DNA of 64,000 bases from a bacterium (GCA_963693055.1 OY843751.1:5792001-5856000); one strand, 5' to 3'; positions 1 to 11,268 are shown, numbered from the stretch's first letter. Numbers and translations are program-made. The notes: generated by a model from the letters alone, not told the origin.

Positions 1-854
1 GCTTCCCAAACGGCAGCGCGGTCCGTAGGCGTTAACGAGCCGTCTTTATTGGTATCAAACTCGTTCCGTAAAAAAACAACCTGCGTGGCTTCTTTGGTCC
101 AGCTCGGGAACCCGTCAATGGCCGGTCCTTTAGTCAACTGATATGTGGGATATTCACGCGGGTCCCAAAGTAAGGTATCTTGGCCTGTGGGTTTTGGGCC
201 CTTGAGATTGATAATAAAAATATCACCATTATTTTCCGGACCGTCTCTGAAAGAAGTAAAGGCTATCATTTGCAGGTCAGAACTCCACATGGGGTGGGTA
301 CCACCCTTGTAGGTCAATTGTAATTTGACGTCTGTATGCTCATTATAAAACCAAAGTTCTTCACTGCCACTACGGTCAGAGACCCAACAAATTTTTTTAG
401 AATCCGGAGACACGGTAGGATATCCGTCATACCCCATATAATCGGTAAACCGCTCAGGGTCTCCTTTGGGATAAAGCCTGCCCTTGATCTCGCGCAGATG
501 CACCATCCAGATATCGCCCGCGGCATCACTGCGCTGTGAAACAAATACAATCGTCCGGCTGTCAGGATACCACACCGGATAATAATCGTCTGCTTTATGG
601 AACGTGACCTGAATGGACCTTCCGCCTGCAGTGCTGCGGATCCAGATATCAAAATTATCAGACTGGCGCGATACATAGGCCATCCATTTGCCGTCAGGAG
701 AAATACGTGCAGACAAGTCAATATCGGGGTGGGTGGTTACCTGCTGATAATCCAGTTTTCTATTTTCTGGCGTTTGCGCAAAGCTGAACGAACTTGACAA
801 AAACGACACTGTCAAGACAAGTGTTAGGAATATGTGTTTGATCCTAAATTTCAT
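1..854 (-). CDS. TolB-like PD40/WD40-like beta-propeller secreted protein (3' end runs off the window)
   Basis: Not in the ORF track because it is truncated. Manual translation from the ATG at 854 (TAATG overlap with the upstream stop) gives MKFRIKHIFLTLVLTVSFLSSSFSFAQ (signal peptide). PD40 repeats follow: ISPDGKWMAYVS, PVWYPDSRTIVFVS, PMWSSDLQMIAFTS, PSWTKEATQVVF. Confidence 0.85.
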   Translation of the reverse strand, partial: MKFRIKHIFLTLVLTVSFLSSSFSFAQTPENRKLDYQQVTTHPDIDLSARISPDGKWMAYVSRQSDNFDIWIRSTAGGRSIQVTFHKADDYYPVWYPDSRTIVFVSQRSDAAGDIWMVHLREIKGRLYPKGDPERFTDYMGYDGYPTVSPDSKKICWVSDRSGSEELWFYNEHTDVKLQLTYKGGTHPMWSSDLQMIAFTSFRDGPENNGDIFIINLKGPKPTGQDTLLWDPREYPTYQLTKGPAIDGFPSWTKEATQVVFLRNEFDTNKDGSLTPTDRAAVWE

Positions 855-1405
855 TATTTTCCTGACCATGAACCATCGCTTTTTTGTATCAATGTGCCGT
901 CCGGCGAATTATCTATATTCAATTTTGCAAAAATCTTGTTGCGTTCCTCATCATCTGCAGCAGCCGCAGATGGGTTAATTGCAAGTATACGCTCATATAT
1001 CACCTTACGGTCCTGATTTTCTTCAGTTACAATCTGATCTATTATGCGTTTATACTGAGAATCTGATTCATACTTTTCAGTTGGCAATATTTCCAGATAG
1101 CCCTTGTTGTTTTCACCCAGAACCTGTTCTTTTTTAAACTCGTCAATTTCATCCTTGTTAAACTTGCGGTTTTGAACAGATTCCAATACATTTTGGCGCT
1201 GTGCAGACATGGTTTGTGTCTGACCACCGCCAACCGAACGGGTAGATGCAATAACCCATGTATTGCTTTCAATCTCTGCAAACGCACCTAACACTTGTTC
1301 TTCCAGCATAGTTTTATCACCACTAATGCTGATTTCATCAGTAGTAACACTACAATTTATATATACTAAAGTAGTTAGTATAAGAAAAATAACAATTGTT
1401 CTCAT
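854..1405 (-). CDS. DUF1318/YdbL-family probable lipoprotein
   Basis: Hydrophobic N-terminus followed by Cys (VYINC). Contains GENNKGYL and ENQDRKVIYE motifs and ends IQKSDGSW. Lies downstream of an AsmA-like gene. Confidence 0.8.
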   Translation of the reverse strand: MRTIVIFLILTTLVYINCSVTTDEISISGDKTMLEEQVLGAFAEIESNTWVIASTRSVGGGQTQTMSAQRQNVLESVQNRKFNKDEIDEFKKEQVLGENNKGYLEILPTEKYESDSQYKRIIDQIVTEENQDRKVIYERILAINPSAAAADDEERNKIFAKLNIDNSPDGTLIQKSDGSWSGK

Positions 1406-1422
1406 TTAATTCTCCTACAAAC

Positions 1423-4400
1423 TTAATTTATTGTTGATGCATTCAATATCCGATCAATCACAAATTGAAGAGGAGTTCTTGAAATATTATAACTATTTCC
1501 TTCTAATTTGATTGGAAGATACCAAGGTCTACCTAATTCAATTGAAGTGTACATAAATCCATGTCGTACTTCAAAGGTGAATAGCTTTGGTGTATATCCC
1601 TGGTTAATAAGGAATCTTGTAAATCTTATTCCTGAATCTTCTTCTTCAGGATCCAAGGAAAGCAGTAAATTATCTGCAACACGTGACCCTATCTCGGTAA
1701 TGTAAAAATAACCTCGAATATCCAGTTTCTCATTGGGATCCACTCCAGTTCCTTCAAATTGAGCGTTGCCATTTATAACGCCCAAACTCTCTTTTCGCTT
1801 TAATCCCGCCAGCAACCGGTCCGAGTTGATACCTGAAAAATGGGCAGACAAATTATAGGTCGCTTCTGCCAGGTTGCCGCCTGCAAGGTTAACAGAGATC
1901 CTGCCGCCCAGGTTTCCATCATAAACCGTTGCCATATATGAAGGGATTTCCACCCGGCCGCCTCCCAGCACAGCTTCAAATTCAAAGTTGTCAATTTCAT
2001 AACCCGCGGCTTTTATCTTTTCAATACTCAGGTACGACATGTTTTCAAGCGAATTACGATAGTAATCCCGATAAGCCAGATAATCAATTGAACCATCTGT
2101 GGGAGTCTGTATAGGCGCCTCTTTGTCCGCCAGAAAAATCCCTTTAACCAGATCCATACGTTGATGTACTTTTAAATCCGCATTGATATTGCTGACAGCT
2201 GTTTCAGCCGGCAGCAATATAGTCAAGTCCTTGGTATTGACATTCGCAAAAATGTCCAGTAATGCCGTGTCCATATTGACGGTTGCACTGAGATCGGTTT
2301 TACCGTCCAGTTGAATATCCCGGGTTATCTGCAGTGGCTCTTCAGCATTTTGATGAAAATCCAATGTTGCAGAAATGAGTGGGGCCGTATCTACATTTTC
2401 TATATTGGCATAAAACTCGCCCTTTGCCAGCAATTCAGGCAAAAAGATTAGACCATTTTCAACCCGAAAACTCTTTAAATCATTGCTGTGAACATCCAAT
2501 GATATCACATTATCTAAAAAAGCCGCCCGTCTTACATTATCCGTCAGGGTTGTATCAATTTTTAATGAAACGCTAACATCCGCTTTATTATCTGAATTTA
2601 ATCCTGCATCCACATTCAAACGAATTCCCGCAATTGAAATAAACTGATCAGGATAATGAACCGACGTCTGCTCTGTAAAGACCTTGCTTTCAAGATCGAA
2701 AACCGGCAGTTCACCGGCCAGATTGCCGACAACATTCGCGGTGACATGGGTTGCACCGGTTACCTTTAAACTGGCAAACTGTTCTTTCATACGCCGCGGC
2801 ATCCAGTCCAGAACAGGTGCATGGTACAATGCCAGGTCTTGCAGTTTGACCTTAAAATCGGTTTTACCCACATCAAACGTGCCATTTAAACTGGCTGTTA
2901 AAATCTGGTTCAGTTTGACAGATAAATTATGAATATCCAGATGCTGGAACAAGGTGTCAATACCGCACAGCAGGTTGGTTGTAAAATGAATTGGAGGAAA
3001 ATTTTCGGTTTCATATTGCATGGGTATCATCAAAGAATCTGTGGCAAAATCGAGATGGGTAGAGATAGAATCCAGCGTTTGAATGCCAATATCCAGCTTT
3101 AGGTTTGCGGTTGTTTCAAGCGGCAGGGGTACCAGATTTCTTGTATCGATATCGGAAACCTTGACCACCCCATTACCTGTAATTGATTGTAAGGTCTTTT
3201 CCGCGCCCAGTGTAAAATGAGAATAAAAGGTGGTTCCCAATACATTGGCAACCTCAAAACCCAATTCCACATCTCTGGGCATCATATACTCGTTTATACC
3301 CGCCTCTAGATTTAATCCGCCCTTACCGGTATATATTTCAAGAGTATCGCTCAAGCCATAATACACAGAATCAAAATTTACAGATACTGTTGCGTTTAAA
3401 CTTTGCAATCCCTTAAAATTGAGTCTGCCGTCTGATCTTGCCAGCAAATTCAGGTTCACCAGCTCTGCCTGTCCCTGGTTTAAGGTCAAGCCAAAATCGA
3501 GAAAATCCGCAAAGGCCTGAAATTCCAATCCTTCTGTGGAAGAACTGTCTGGCAGCGTGCCTTCAACACGGGTTCCCGCAAAGGTAATAGCAGCATTGGG
3601 ATTTTTAAAATATATATCCGGGAACATCGAATCGGGCAGTACAGACCTTCCCAGGGACAAAAGCTGCTGCACAGGTATTCTGCTCTTGTCTACGGAAGCA
3701 GAAAGATGCGGGGGCCACTGTTTGTAAAATCCATCAACTTTGATGCTAGAACCCAGCCAGGTTTCATCTCCTACCTTGACGGTCAAACCGGGGACTAGTA
3801 CTTTTTCCTCTTCAACAAGAACATGCACATCACCAGACACGGTTATGGGATAAATCAACGGAATGACAGGAAAATCAGGCACTGCCGAGGAACGAAACTC
3901 GAGGTCACTGACCTGTAAAAACAGAGAGGCATCCAGACTATCCAGTGTGGCAATTCTGACCTTGCTGTTCAAAGCAATCATACCTGTTACAGACATTTCA
4001 TCACCGCCCGCAACATACTGGCTGAATTCAAAAACGGCCTTGTCTACATTCAGTTCCAGTGCGGCTGCCAGGGCACTGTCATTCGCCATTACATCACCCT
4101 GGGGCACATAAATATCATCCAGACCCACATCCAAATCTGCAAGATACAAAACTTGACTGGTTAGACTGTCCTGCATTTCCATGCGGAATTTTGTATCTTG
4201 CAGCCGAAATTGCTTCAAGGCAATACTAACCGGCAATACCGGTGTTTGCAACGAGTCCGCTGGCGGCTCTTTTACCGTTGTTGTATCCTGAGGTGGAGCA
4301 ATCATGTTGATAAAAATATCCGGCGAGTTGAGCTCAATCTCGTCAATGACAACACGCTTGTGAAACAGCTCACGAATATTGTATTTTAAAATAATTTTGT

Positions 4401-4719
4401 GTATAGATGCAGACTGGACCGGAAAATCATCCGGCAAGGCCTGGTCTTGCTCTAGTGGAAAGAGTGCGATATCTGTAAATTCAATGCCTTTCAGCAGATT
4501 GATATCTACACCCTCTATGGTCAGATTTCGGTTAAACTGTTCCCTGACAGTTTTTATCGCCAAACCTTTAAAATACTCGGGTGGAAAAAATAGATAAACG
4601 ATTATAATTAATAAAAGGATGAGCCCAATAAAACCCAAACCCAAAAACAACCAGAATCGGAAAAAACGTCTCCAAAACCCCCTTTTAACTCGTTTTTCTT
4701 TTTTTGTTCCAGTTGCCAT
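1423..4719 (-). CDS. AsmA-like/YdbH-type intermembrane bridge protein
   Basis: 1098 aa. Basic N-terminus, a single TM helix, then long amphipathic beta-strand repeats and an AsmA-like C-terminus (YDGNLGGRISVNL). Confidence 0.75.
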   Translation of the reverse strand: MATGTKKEKRVKRGFWRRFFRFWLFLGLGFIGLILLLIIIVYLFFPPEYFKGLAIKTVREQFNRNLTIEGVDINLLKGIEFTDIALFPLEQDQALPDDFPVQSASIHKIILKYNIRELFHKRVVIDEIELNSPDIFINMIAPPQDTTTVKEPPADSLQTPVLPVSIALKQFRLQDTKFRMEMQDSLTSQVLYLADLDVGLDDIYVPQGDVMANDSALAAALELNVDKAVFEFSQYVAGGDEMSVTGMIALNSKVRIATLDSLDASLFLQVSDLEFRSSAVPDFPVIPLIYPITVSGDVHVLVEEEKVLVPGLTVKVGDETWLGSSIKVDGFYKQWPPHLSASVDKSRIPVQQLLSLGRSVLPDSMFPDIYFKNPNAAITFAGTRVEGTLPDSSSTEGLEFQAFADFLDFGLTLNQGQAELVNLNLLARSDGRLNFKGLQSLNATVSVNFDSVYYGLSDTLEIYTGKGGLNLEAGINEYMMPRDVELGFEVANVLGTTFYSHFTLGAEKTLQSITGNGVVKVSDIDTRNLVPLPLETTANLKLDIGIQTLDSISTHLDFATDSLMIPMQYETENFPPIHFTTNLLCGIDTLFQHLDIHNLSVKLNQILTASLNGTFDVGKTDFKVKLQDLALYHAPVLDWMPRRMKEQFASLKVTGATHVTANVVGNLAGELPVFDLESKVFTEQTSVHYPDQFISIAGIRLNVDAGLNSDNKADVSVSLKIDTTLTDNVRRAAFLDNVISLDVHSNDLKSFRVENGLIFLPELLAKGEFYANIENVDTAPLISATLDFHQNAEEPLQITRDIQLDGKTDLSATVNMDTALLDIFANVNTKDLTILLPAETAVSNINADLKVHQRMDLVKGIFLADKEAPIQTPTDGSIDYLAYRDYYRNSLENMSYLSIEKIKAAGYEIDNFEFEAVLGGGRVEIPSYMATVYDGNLGGRISVNLAGGNLAEATYNLSAHFSGINSDRLLAGLKRKESLGVINGNAQFEGTGVDPNEKLDIRGYFYITEIGSRVADNLLLSLDPEEEDSGIRFTRFLINQGYTPKLFTFEVRHGFMYTSIELGRPWYLPIKLEGNSYNISRTPLQFVIDRILNASTIN

Positions 4720-4770
4720 GCCGTGATTAACCGCCTGTATATTATCAAAAATTTGGATCCGAAAACCGGT

Positions 4771-6156
4771 TTATTCAAACAAATAACCTTTTTGTGAATT
4801 AGGTAATTCTGGTTTCTTTTCAATAAACTGTTCTTTATTCAACGCATAAAGTGGTGAAACTTCAACCAGGTCCGTTACATTTCCATCTGAATCTTTATTC
4901 ACCGTCAACCCGGCACTCTCCATCCATTCACCATACAGATTCAACTGGTCCTGTTTTGCGGTTTCGGGCGAATCAACACCAGTCTTGTTTTTAATGGGAC
5001 TGAAATCGTTTTTCCGCTCTGTTTCCATCACCATCACTTTTTTTGCAAAAGGAAACGCGTCAAAAATAAACTGCTCAAATTTAAATCCGTTTGGAGTTTC
5101 AGGATTTACCAACTCTCCCGAATCGTTTAAATATGGTATTTTCTTGTGCGCAATATGGTATGGAAGCTGGATCTTTTCATCATGAATCCGCTGAAAAAAA
5201 TCAACACTGAATACATGCATGCCAATACTTCCCTGACCAAAAGTCAACTTGCCTTTATCGTTGACGGCAAGCTTTTCTTCATCGCTGAGTTCGGTATATT
5301 CAATGACCACGGTTTTGCCGTTCATTTCACCAATATTGCCAAGCTTTTCAAACGGATCATTTTTATATACTGTCTTGGCAGACATATCCGCATTGTTCAA
5401 TTCATGATACCCAATGAATGCAGGATCACAAACATTCACCAGGGGACTGTCAACCTGGAAATAATAAAGACTCTTTAATCCACGATTTTGCATGTCGTCC
5501 AGAATCTTGTTTTTAAACAACGCGCGCAACATGCCACCATGACCATCGGGAGACATGGCTACCCTATCTTTAGATTCCAGAAACATTTTGCCATTTTCAT
5601 CAAGTGGTGGCAGCATACCTTGCTTAAAAAAGATGATGGTTGACGCGTCTTTACCAAAAAAGCCGTTTGATTTGAAAAAATCAACCGTATCCTGATAATT
5701 CAATTCACTGGTCATAATATAAAAAGGAATAACCGCATTCAACTGTTTTTCACGGGCAAGGATCTTTTCCGTATGAAGCTGAAACAATGTCTTGCCGGTA
5801 ATGGGACCCACCGGAAAGGTTCCTTTGGGGCCGTCAAATCCCAAACGGGTTCCTTGACCACCGGCAACCAAAAGTGCTCCCACCTTATTATTTGCAATGA
5901 GCTTTTCTCCCACAGCTACGGCTGTATCATATTCCTCAACTTGCTGTGGGGTCTCCGGCAACTCGATAACATCTGTTGGATTCAGTGTGCCGGGTGTATA
6001 GTGTCCTTCATGCTGATTTTTCAACAATCCGGCACAATAATTTACAATATCAAAATCTAAATCTTCAAGTCGTTCTGTAAATATCTGGTTATCATCAAGC
6101 TCTGATAAATATTTTAAAACATGTTCCTGTCCATGTTCACTAAACTGATTTAGCAA
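4771..6156 (-). CDS. UDPGP type 1 family nucleotidyltransferase (eukaryote-type UDP-GlcNAc/UDP-glucose pyrophosphorylase)
   Basis: LLVAGGQGTRLGFDGPKG, SPDGHGG, VIEYTEL, KFEQFIFDAF and FSPIKN motifs. TTG start. Confidence 0.9.
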   Translation of the reverse strand: MLNQFSEHGQEHVLKYLSELDDNQIFTERLEDLDFDIVNYCAGLLKNQHEGHYTPGTLNPTDVIELPETPQQVEEYDTAVAVGEKLIANNKVGALLVAGGQGTRLGFDGPKGTFPVGPITGKTLFQLHTEKILAREKQLNAVIPFYIMTSELNYQDTVDFFKSNGFFGKDASTIIFFKQGMLPPLDENGKMFLESKDRVAMSPDGHGGMLRALFKNKILDDMQNRGLKSLYYFQVDSPLVNVCDPAFIGYHELNNADMSAKTVYKNDPFEKLGNIGEMNGKTVVIEYTELSDEEKLAVNDKGKLTFGQGSIGMHVFSVDFFQRIHDEKIQLPYHIAHKKIPYLNDSGELVNPETPNGFKFEQFIFDAFPFAKKVMVMETERKNDFSPIKNKTGVDSPETAKQDQLNLYGEWMESAGLTVNKDSDGNVTDLVEVSPLYALNKEQFIEKKPELPNSQKGYLFE

Positions 6157-6198
6157 TTTTCTTCCTTTTCTGCTGTGATTCCTGTCAACTATTCCAGA

Positions 6199-8583
6199 CT
6201 ATTTTTTTTTATTCTTGACCGGTTTGGCTTTAATTGCAAGTTCCAGTACTTCTTCAAGCGTTTTTACAGGATAAAAAGTCATTTTCTTGCGTGTATCTTC
6301 GGGAATCTCTTCCAGATCATCTTTATTTTTATCAGGCAAAATAACATGTTTAATTCCGGCCCGCTGAGCAGCAAGCATCTTTTCTTTAATACCACCAACC
6401 GGTAATACTTTACCACGCAAAGTAATTTCACCGGTCATAGCCAGATCGCTCCGTACCGGTTTTTTTGTTAGCAGAGAGACCAGCGCAGTGGTCATGGTAA
6501 CACCCGCAGATGGGCCGTCTTTGGGAATGGCTCCTGCAGGTACGTGCACATGTATATCTGATTTGACGAATATAGTTTCATCAATGCCAAGCGCTTCCGC
6601 GTTTGAACGAATATAAGAAAGTGCCGCCTGTGCGGATTCTTTCATCACATCGCCCAATTGTCCGGTTAATATCAATCCTTTGCTGCCGGTCATACGTGTG
6701 GCTTCAATGAACAACACATCACCACCCGAAGGGGTCCAGGCCAGTCCGGTTGCAACACCGGGTCTACCCAGGCGCTCTGCAACTTCTGAATAAAACTTTT
6801 TCGGACCCAAAAGCTCAACAACCTTTTCAGGCGTAATAGAAACTTTATCTTCATTGCCCAAAGCAACCTCTTTGGCAACCTTGCGACAAATGTTTGCAAA
6901 CTGGCGTTCCAGATTTCTCACACCCGCCTCACGGGTATAGTCTGCAATAATACTTTTTACGGCGGCCTTGGTAAAGGATATATGTTTACGTTTCAATCCG
7001 TTTTCATGGATCTGCCGGGGTATCAGGTATTTGGTTGCAATATGTATTTTATCCTCTTCAATATATCCGGGTAGCTCAATCACTTCCATTCTGTCACGCA
7101 AAGGTGATGGAATGGTATCCAGCACATTCGCAGTGGTAATAAACATTACGCTCGACAAATCAAAAGGAACATCCAGATAGTGGTCCGAAAAGGAAAAGTT
7201 CTGTTCCGGATCAAGCACCTCCAACAATGCCGATGCAGGATCGCCACGAAAATCCTGGCCAATTTTATCCACTTCATCCAACATAAAAATGGGATTATTA
7301 CTACCTGCTGTTTTCAGGCCCTGAATGATTCTGCCGGGCATAGAACCTATATAAGTACGACGATGACCGCGGATTTCGGCTTCATCGTGTACACCACCCA
7401 GAGAAATGCGTACAAAATTCCTTCCCATAGAGCGCGCAATAGACCGACCCAATGAAGTTTTTCCTACTCCCGGAGGCCCTACAAAACAAATAATGGGACC
7501 CTTGGTGTCGTTTTTCAATTTACGTACTGCAAGGTATTCAATAATACGCTCTTTGATCTTTTGCAAACCGTAATGATCTTCATCAAGCACATTCTGGGCT
7601 TTATCAATATCAAGATTATCTTCGGTCGCAACATTCCAGGGTAAAATAATCATCCAGTCAAGGTATGTGCGTGAAACCGTATATTCTGCCGCACCCGGCT
7701 GCATTTTAGACAGACGGTCAAGCTCACGCAGAGCTTCATTTTCCGCTTCTTCGGGCATATTTGCTTCAAGAATCTGTTCTTCCAGTTCTTCAAGTTCAAC
7801 CGAGCGCTCATCGCTCATGCCCAGTTCTTTTTGAATGGCCCGCAACTGTTCACGCAAAAAGTATTCTCGCTGATTTTTACCCAACTCGCTCTGGACTTTA
7901 TCCTGTATCTTGGAGCCCATCTCCAATACTTCGAGTTCGCGATTCAGTAAAACCGTAAGTTTTTGTAGACGCTGTTTAATTGTTGATGCTTCAAGTATCG
8001 ATTGTTTTTCCTCGACCGATATGGTGAGGTTTGAAGCAATTAAATCCGCAAGCTTGCCGGGATCAGTTGTATTCACAATCACAACCTGAAGTTCATCGGG
8101 CAATTGCGGTACCAGTGAAACCACTTTTTGGAATTGCTGGCCTACATTACGTTTAAGCGCTTCTATTTCAGTGGTTTCTCTATAAGCATCTTCTTTGGTC
8201 TCTACATTGTAAACAAAATAAGGATCGGTAGAAACATTTTCTTTTAATTTTATTCTCGAGATTCCCTGCACCAAAACACGCAAAGAACCATCAGGAAATT
8301 TCAACATACGCAGAATTATTGCGGCTGTTCCAAATTGGTATATATCATCTGTTACCGGGTCTTCTGTTTCAGGGTCTTTTTGTGCAACCAGGCCAAGAAT
8401 TCTTGAACCCGCTATCACGTCATTTATCAGCTTTACTGATTTTTCCCGTGCAACAACAAGCGGAGTTACAATATTTGGAAAAGTCACAGTATCTCTTAAA
8501 GGCAATATCGGCAGCTCCGCAGGAACTTTGGTTTCCATCTCAGAGTCTGATTCAATCGTTACATTGAAATTGTTTTCATCCAT
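6199..8583 (-). CDS. lon: ATP-dependent Lon protease (LonA)
   Basis: LPILPLRD N-domain, Walker [16 protein letters not shown], catalytic PKDGPSAG and downstream GGIKEK. Confidence 0.98.
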   Translation of the reverse strand: MDENNFNVTIESDSEMETKVPAELPILPLRDTVTFPNIVTPLVVAREKSVKLINDVIAGSRILGLVAQKDPETEDPVTDDIYQFGTAAIILRMLKFPDGSLRVLVQGISRIKLKENVSTDPYFVYNVETKEDAYRETTEIEALKRNVGQQFQKVVSLVPQLPDELQVVIVNTTDPGKLADLIASNLTISVEEKQSILEASTIKQRLQKLTVLLNRELEVLEMGSKIQDKVQSELGKNQREYFLREQLRAIQKELGMSDERSVELEELEEQILEANMPEEAENEALRELDRLSKMQPGAAEYTVSRTYLDWMIILPWNVATEDNLDIDKAQNVLDEDHYGLQKIKERIIEYLAVRKLKNDTKGPIICFVGPPGVGKTSLGRSIARSMGRNFVRISLGGVHDEAEIRGHRRTYIGSMPGRIIQGLKTAGSNNPIFMLDEVDKIGQDFRGDPASALLEVLDPEQNFSFSDHYLDVPFDLSSVMFITTANVLDTIPSPLRDRMEVIELPGYIEEDKIHIATKYLIPRQIHENGLKRKHISFTKAAVKSIIADYTREAGVRNLERQFANICRKVAKEVALGNEDKVSITPEKVVELLGPKKFYSEVAERLGRPGVATGLAWTPSGGDVLFIEATRMTGSKGLILTGQLGDVMKESAQAALSYIRSNAEALGIDETIFVKSDIHVHVPAGAIPKDGPSAGVTMTTALVSLLTKKPVRSDLAMTGEITLRGKVLPVGGIKEKMLAAQRAGIKHVILPDKNKDDLEEIPEDTRKKMTFYPVKTLEEVLELAIKAKPVKNKKK

Positions 8584-8613
8584 GTTAACTCCTGAATCTA
8601 CATTTCGATTAAA

Positions 8614-9060
8614 TTATTCTTCATTTTCACTTTTATTATTTATAGGTACTTCAATAACCTGACTATCTTTGGAAATTACAATTTCCAATATTCCATCAAT
8701 TAAATTGGCATCGATCTGATTATGTTCCATAAATTGTGGTATATGGATGTTTTTCTGAAAACTGCCATATTTAATTTCAAGCTGATGATAAGACAGTCTG
8801 TTTTCCAACATTTTTTCTCGACGGACCCCGCAGATCCGTATCATACCATCTTTGACTTTGACAGAAATATCATTTCTGTCTACACCGGCGAGTTCAATTT
8901 TTATGATTACAAAATCCTCAAACTCGACGATATCCGTATTGGGCTCCCAACGTGGTGATGTTTGCGACACCTCTGAACAAAACTGAGCAGGCCGCTTTTC
9001 TCTCCAGTAAGAGACCGAATCGGTAAATTCTCTAATGACTTTAACGATATGTATGGGCAT
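8614..9060 (-). CDS. Hsp20/alpha-crystallin small heat-shock protein
   Basis: WEPNTDIVE...ELAGV...EIKYGSFQKNI...DGILEI. Adjacent to lon. Confidence 0.9.
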   Translation of the reverse strand: MPIHIVKVIREFTDSVSYWREKRPAQFCSEVSQTSPRWEPNTDIVEFEDFVIIKIELAGVDRNDISVKVKDGMIRICGVRREKMLENRLSYHQLEIKYGSFQKNIHIPQFMEHNQIDANLIDGILEIVISKDSQVIEVPINNKSENEE

Positions 9061-9140
9061 AACATTTCTCCTTAATGCATATTATTGCATTGCCCGAAAA
9101 TCATATATTCACAACAATTGGCAAATCAGATTTATTTATA

Positions 9141-9797
9141 TCATTTCATTTTTTTAATCTTGGCCAGGTCTTCATTTTTACCCAGCAGCATTAAAATGTC
9201 ACTGTCTTTAATTATATGATCAGCCGTAGGTATCATGACCAGTTTCTCAGGAACCAGTTCTTTAACAACCAGCACCAAAACGCCATACTTGTTTCGCAAA
9301 TCCAGCTCACCCAGACTTTTTGCCAAAAACGCTTTTGGAGGTGCAAATTCTATAATACTGATGCCTTCTCCAATTGTAAAGCTGTCTATCAGATAATCAC
9401 TCTCTAGGGTTTGAGCAAGTCTGTATGCCTCATCGCGTTCCGGGAAAACCACCTGCGTGGCACCAATGATGTCCAAAATCTTGCCATGATCTTCAGTTAT
9501 CGCTTTGGCAACAATATTCTTTACCCGCAGTTCCCGTAAATACAACGTCACCAGAATACTGGCATCAACCTGATCACCCAAACTAACAACTACAACATCC
9601 ATTTCAGCCAAACCCAAACCAGACAAGGTATCTTTATCACTGGCATCAGCAATAACCGCGCGGTCAACAAATTGTTTAATACGCTCTATTTTTTCTTCAT
9701 CTTTATCAATAGCCATAACCTGATGTCCCTCATTAGAGAGATATTTAGCAAGATATGTCCCAAAGCTGCTTAATCCAATAATTGCAAACGTTCTCAT
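9141..9797 (-). CDS. ktrA: Ktr/Trk potassium uptake regulatory RCK subunit
   Basis: IIGLSSFG Rossmann variant, AKAIT...GATQVVFPE, TrkA-C domain. Paired with a KtrB gene. Confidence 0.9.
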   Translation of the reverse strand: MRTFAIIGLSSFGTYLAKYLSNEGHQVMAIDKDEEKIERIKQFVDRAVIADASDKDTLSGLGLAEMDVVVVSLGDQVDASILVTLYLRELRVKNIVAKAITEDHGKILDIIGATQVVFPERDEAYRLAQTLESDYLIDSFTIGEGISIIEFAPPKAFLAKSLGELDLRNKYGVLVLVVKELVPEKLVMIPTADHIIKDSDILMLLGKNEDLAKIKKMK

Positions 9798-9812
9798 AAT
9801 AAATCCTGATCG

Positions 9813-11165
9813 TTATCCTACCCACAATTCTTCTTCGGCATATTTAAAACGCGCATTTTTCCTTTGAACAATTGCAAGTGCAATAGTTAATGGACCCACA
9901 CGTCCAATAAACATTAATAAAATTATAACAATTTTACCGGTAAAAGACAAGACCGGTGTTAATCCCATACTTAAACCTACAGTTCCAAAGGCTGAAAAAA
10001 CTTCAAACACCACTTCCAAAAACAGGGTCCTGCCCATCATATGCGGGCCACCCGGATGCTCGGTAACCAGCAGCACAGTAATTGCAACAATCACTATTAC
10101 CATTGCAAAAAACACAATGGCAATAGCTTTAGATACAACCCGCTCAGACACACCTCTGTTCAACAGACGTACTTGAGGTTCATTGCGAAACCGTGAAAAA
10201 ATCATCGCACTGACAACCGCAAATGTTGTGGTTTTCACTCCTCCACCACAGGAACCCGGTGACGCACCAACAAGCATCAACATGATAAACAACAACAAGG
10301 TACTACTGGTCATTGCCTCAACAGGCAAAGTATTAAAGCCGGCAGTACGCGTTGTAACCGATTGAAACAATGCATCAATCAATTTCTGAACAACTGGGCG
10401 TCCATCTAGTACATTATTCCATTCAAAAAATAAAAATAAAACCATTCCAAACAAAACAAGAATAGCCGAAGTAATCAACACAATCCTTGAATGAAGCCCC
10501 AATCTGCGGCTTTTTTTTCTCAACAATTTTAAAATGTCAAATATTACCCAAAACCCAATACCACCCAAAATAATCAATAAAATGACAGTGATGTTAAGCA
10601 AATAATCCGTGTGAAAACCAGACAAACTGGTACTGAAAAGAGCAAATCCTGCATTACAAAAAGCCGATATTGAATGAAAAACACCCAAATAAACAGATTC
10701 CAACAAGGGTTTGTCTAAAGAAAAGCGCCACGTCAAAATTACAGCACCCACGGCTTCTATAATCAATGTACTAAAAATAATGGACAAGATGAGCTTGCCA
10801 ACATTTTGTGTATGGCCGCCCGCTATACTATCTTCAAACAGGTATCTGTTTCTCAGGTTAATTTTACCGGAAACAATATATGCACCCAGGGTAGAAAAGG
10901 TCATAATACCTAGTCCACCTACCTGAATTAAAAGCAAAATCACTGATTGTCCAAACCCTGTCCAATGGCTTCCGGTATCATATACAACCAGTCCGGTAAC
11001 ACAGGTAGCAGACGTAGCTGTAAACAAGGCATCAATGATTGATACGCTCTGCTTCGAGCTGGCAGGCAGTATCAGTAAAACCGTGCCCAGTATAATCAGA
11101 GATAAAAAACCTAGGGTCAAAGATTTCGCCGGAGATATTTTCTTCTTTTCAAATTGACTTGGCAT
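9813..11165 (-). CDS. ktrB: Ktr/TrkH potassium uptake membrane subunit
   Basis: Four pore-loop motifs: SATCVTGL, SAFCNAGF, TTRTAGF, SAFGTVGLS. Confidence 0.93.
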   Translation of the reverse strand: MPSQFEKKKISPAKSLTLGFLSLIILGTVLLILPASSKQSVSIIDALFTATSATCVTGLVVYDTGSHWTGFGQSVILLLIQVGGLGIMTFSTLGAYIVSGKINLRNRYLFEDSIAGGHTQNVGKLILSIIFSTLIIEAVGAVILTWRFSLDKPLLESVYLGVFHSISAFCNAGFALFSTSLSGFHTDYLLNITVILLIILGGIGFWVIFDILKLLRKKSRRLGLHSRIVLITSAILVLFGMVLFLFFEWNNVLDGRPVVQKLIDALFQSVTTRTAGFNTLPVEAMTSSTLLLFIMLMLVGASPGSCGGGVKTTTFAVVSAMIFSRFRNEPQVRLLNRGVSERVVSKAIAIVFFAMVIVIVAITVLLVTEHPGGPHMMGRTLFLEVVFEVFSAFGTVGLSMGLTPVLSFTGKIVIILLMFIGRVGPLTIALAIVQRKNARFKYAEEELWVG

Positions 11166-11240
11166 ACCTAAATATCTATTGTAAAAATCTGTACAATTTA
11201 ATCATTTAAACGTTAATATGAAAACGGTTTAATAGCGGGC

Positions 11241-11268
11241 AAAAAAAAAGGGGCTTTTTTGCCCCTTT
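11241..11268 (-). terminator. Rho-independent terminator
   Basis: AAAGGGGC/GCCCCTTT hairpin immediately after the stop codon, followed on the minus strand by a T run. Confidence 0.75.

Noticed and set aside
314-797. ORF-track entries 314..721, 336..539 and 597..797
   Set aside because: They are shadows of the real minus-strand PD40 gene that starts at 854 and runs off the window.
9061-9140. Heat-shock operator (CIRCE) upstream of hsp20-lon
   Set aside because: Only a short AATGCA-N6-TGCATT inverted repeat is present. It does not match TTAGCACTC-N9-GAGTGCTAA.
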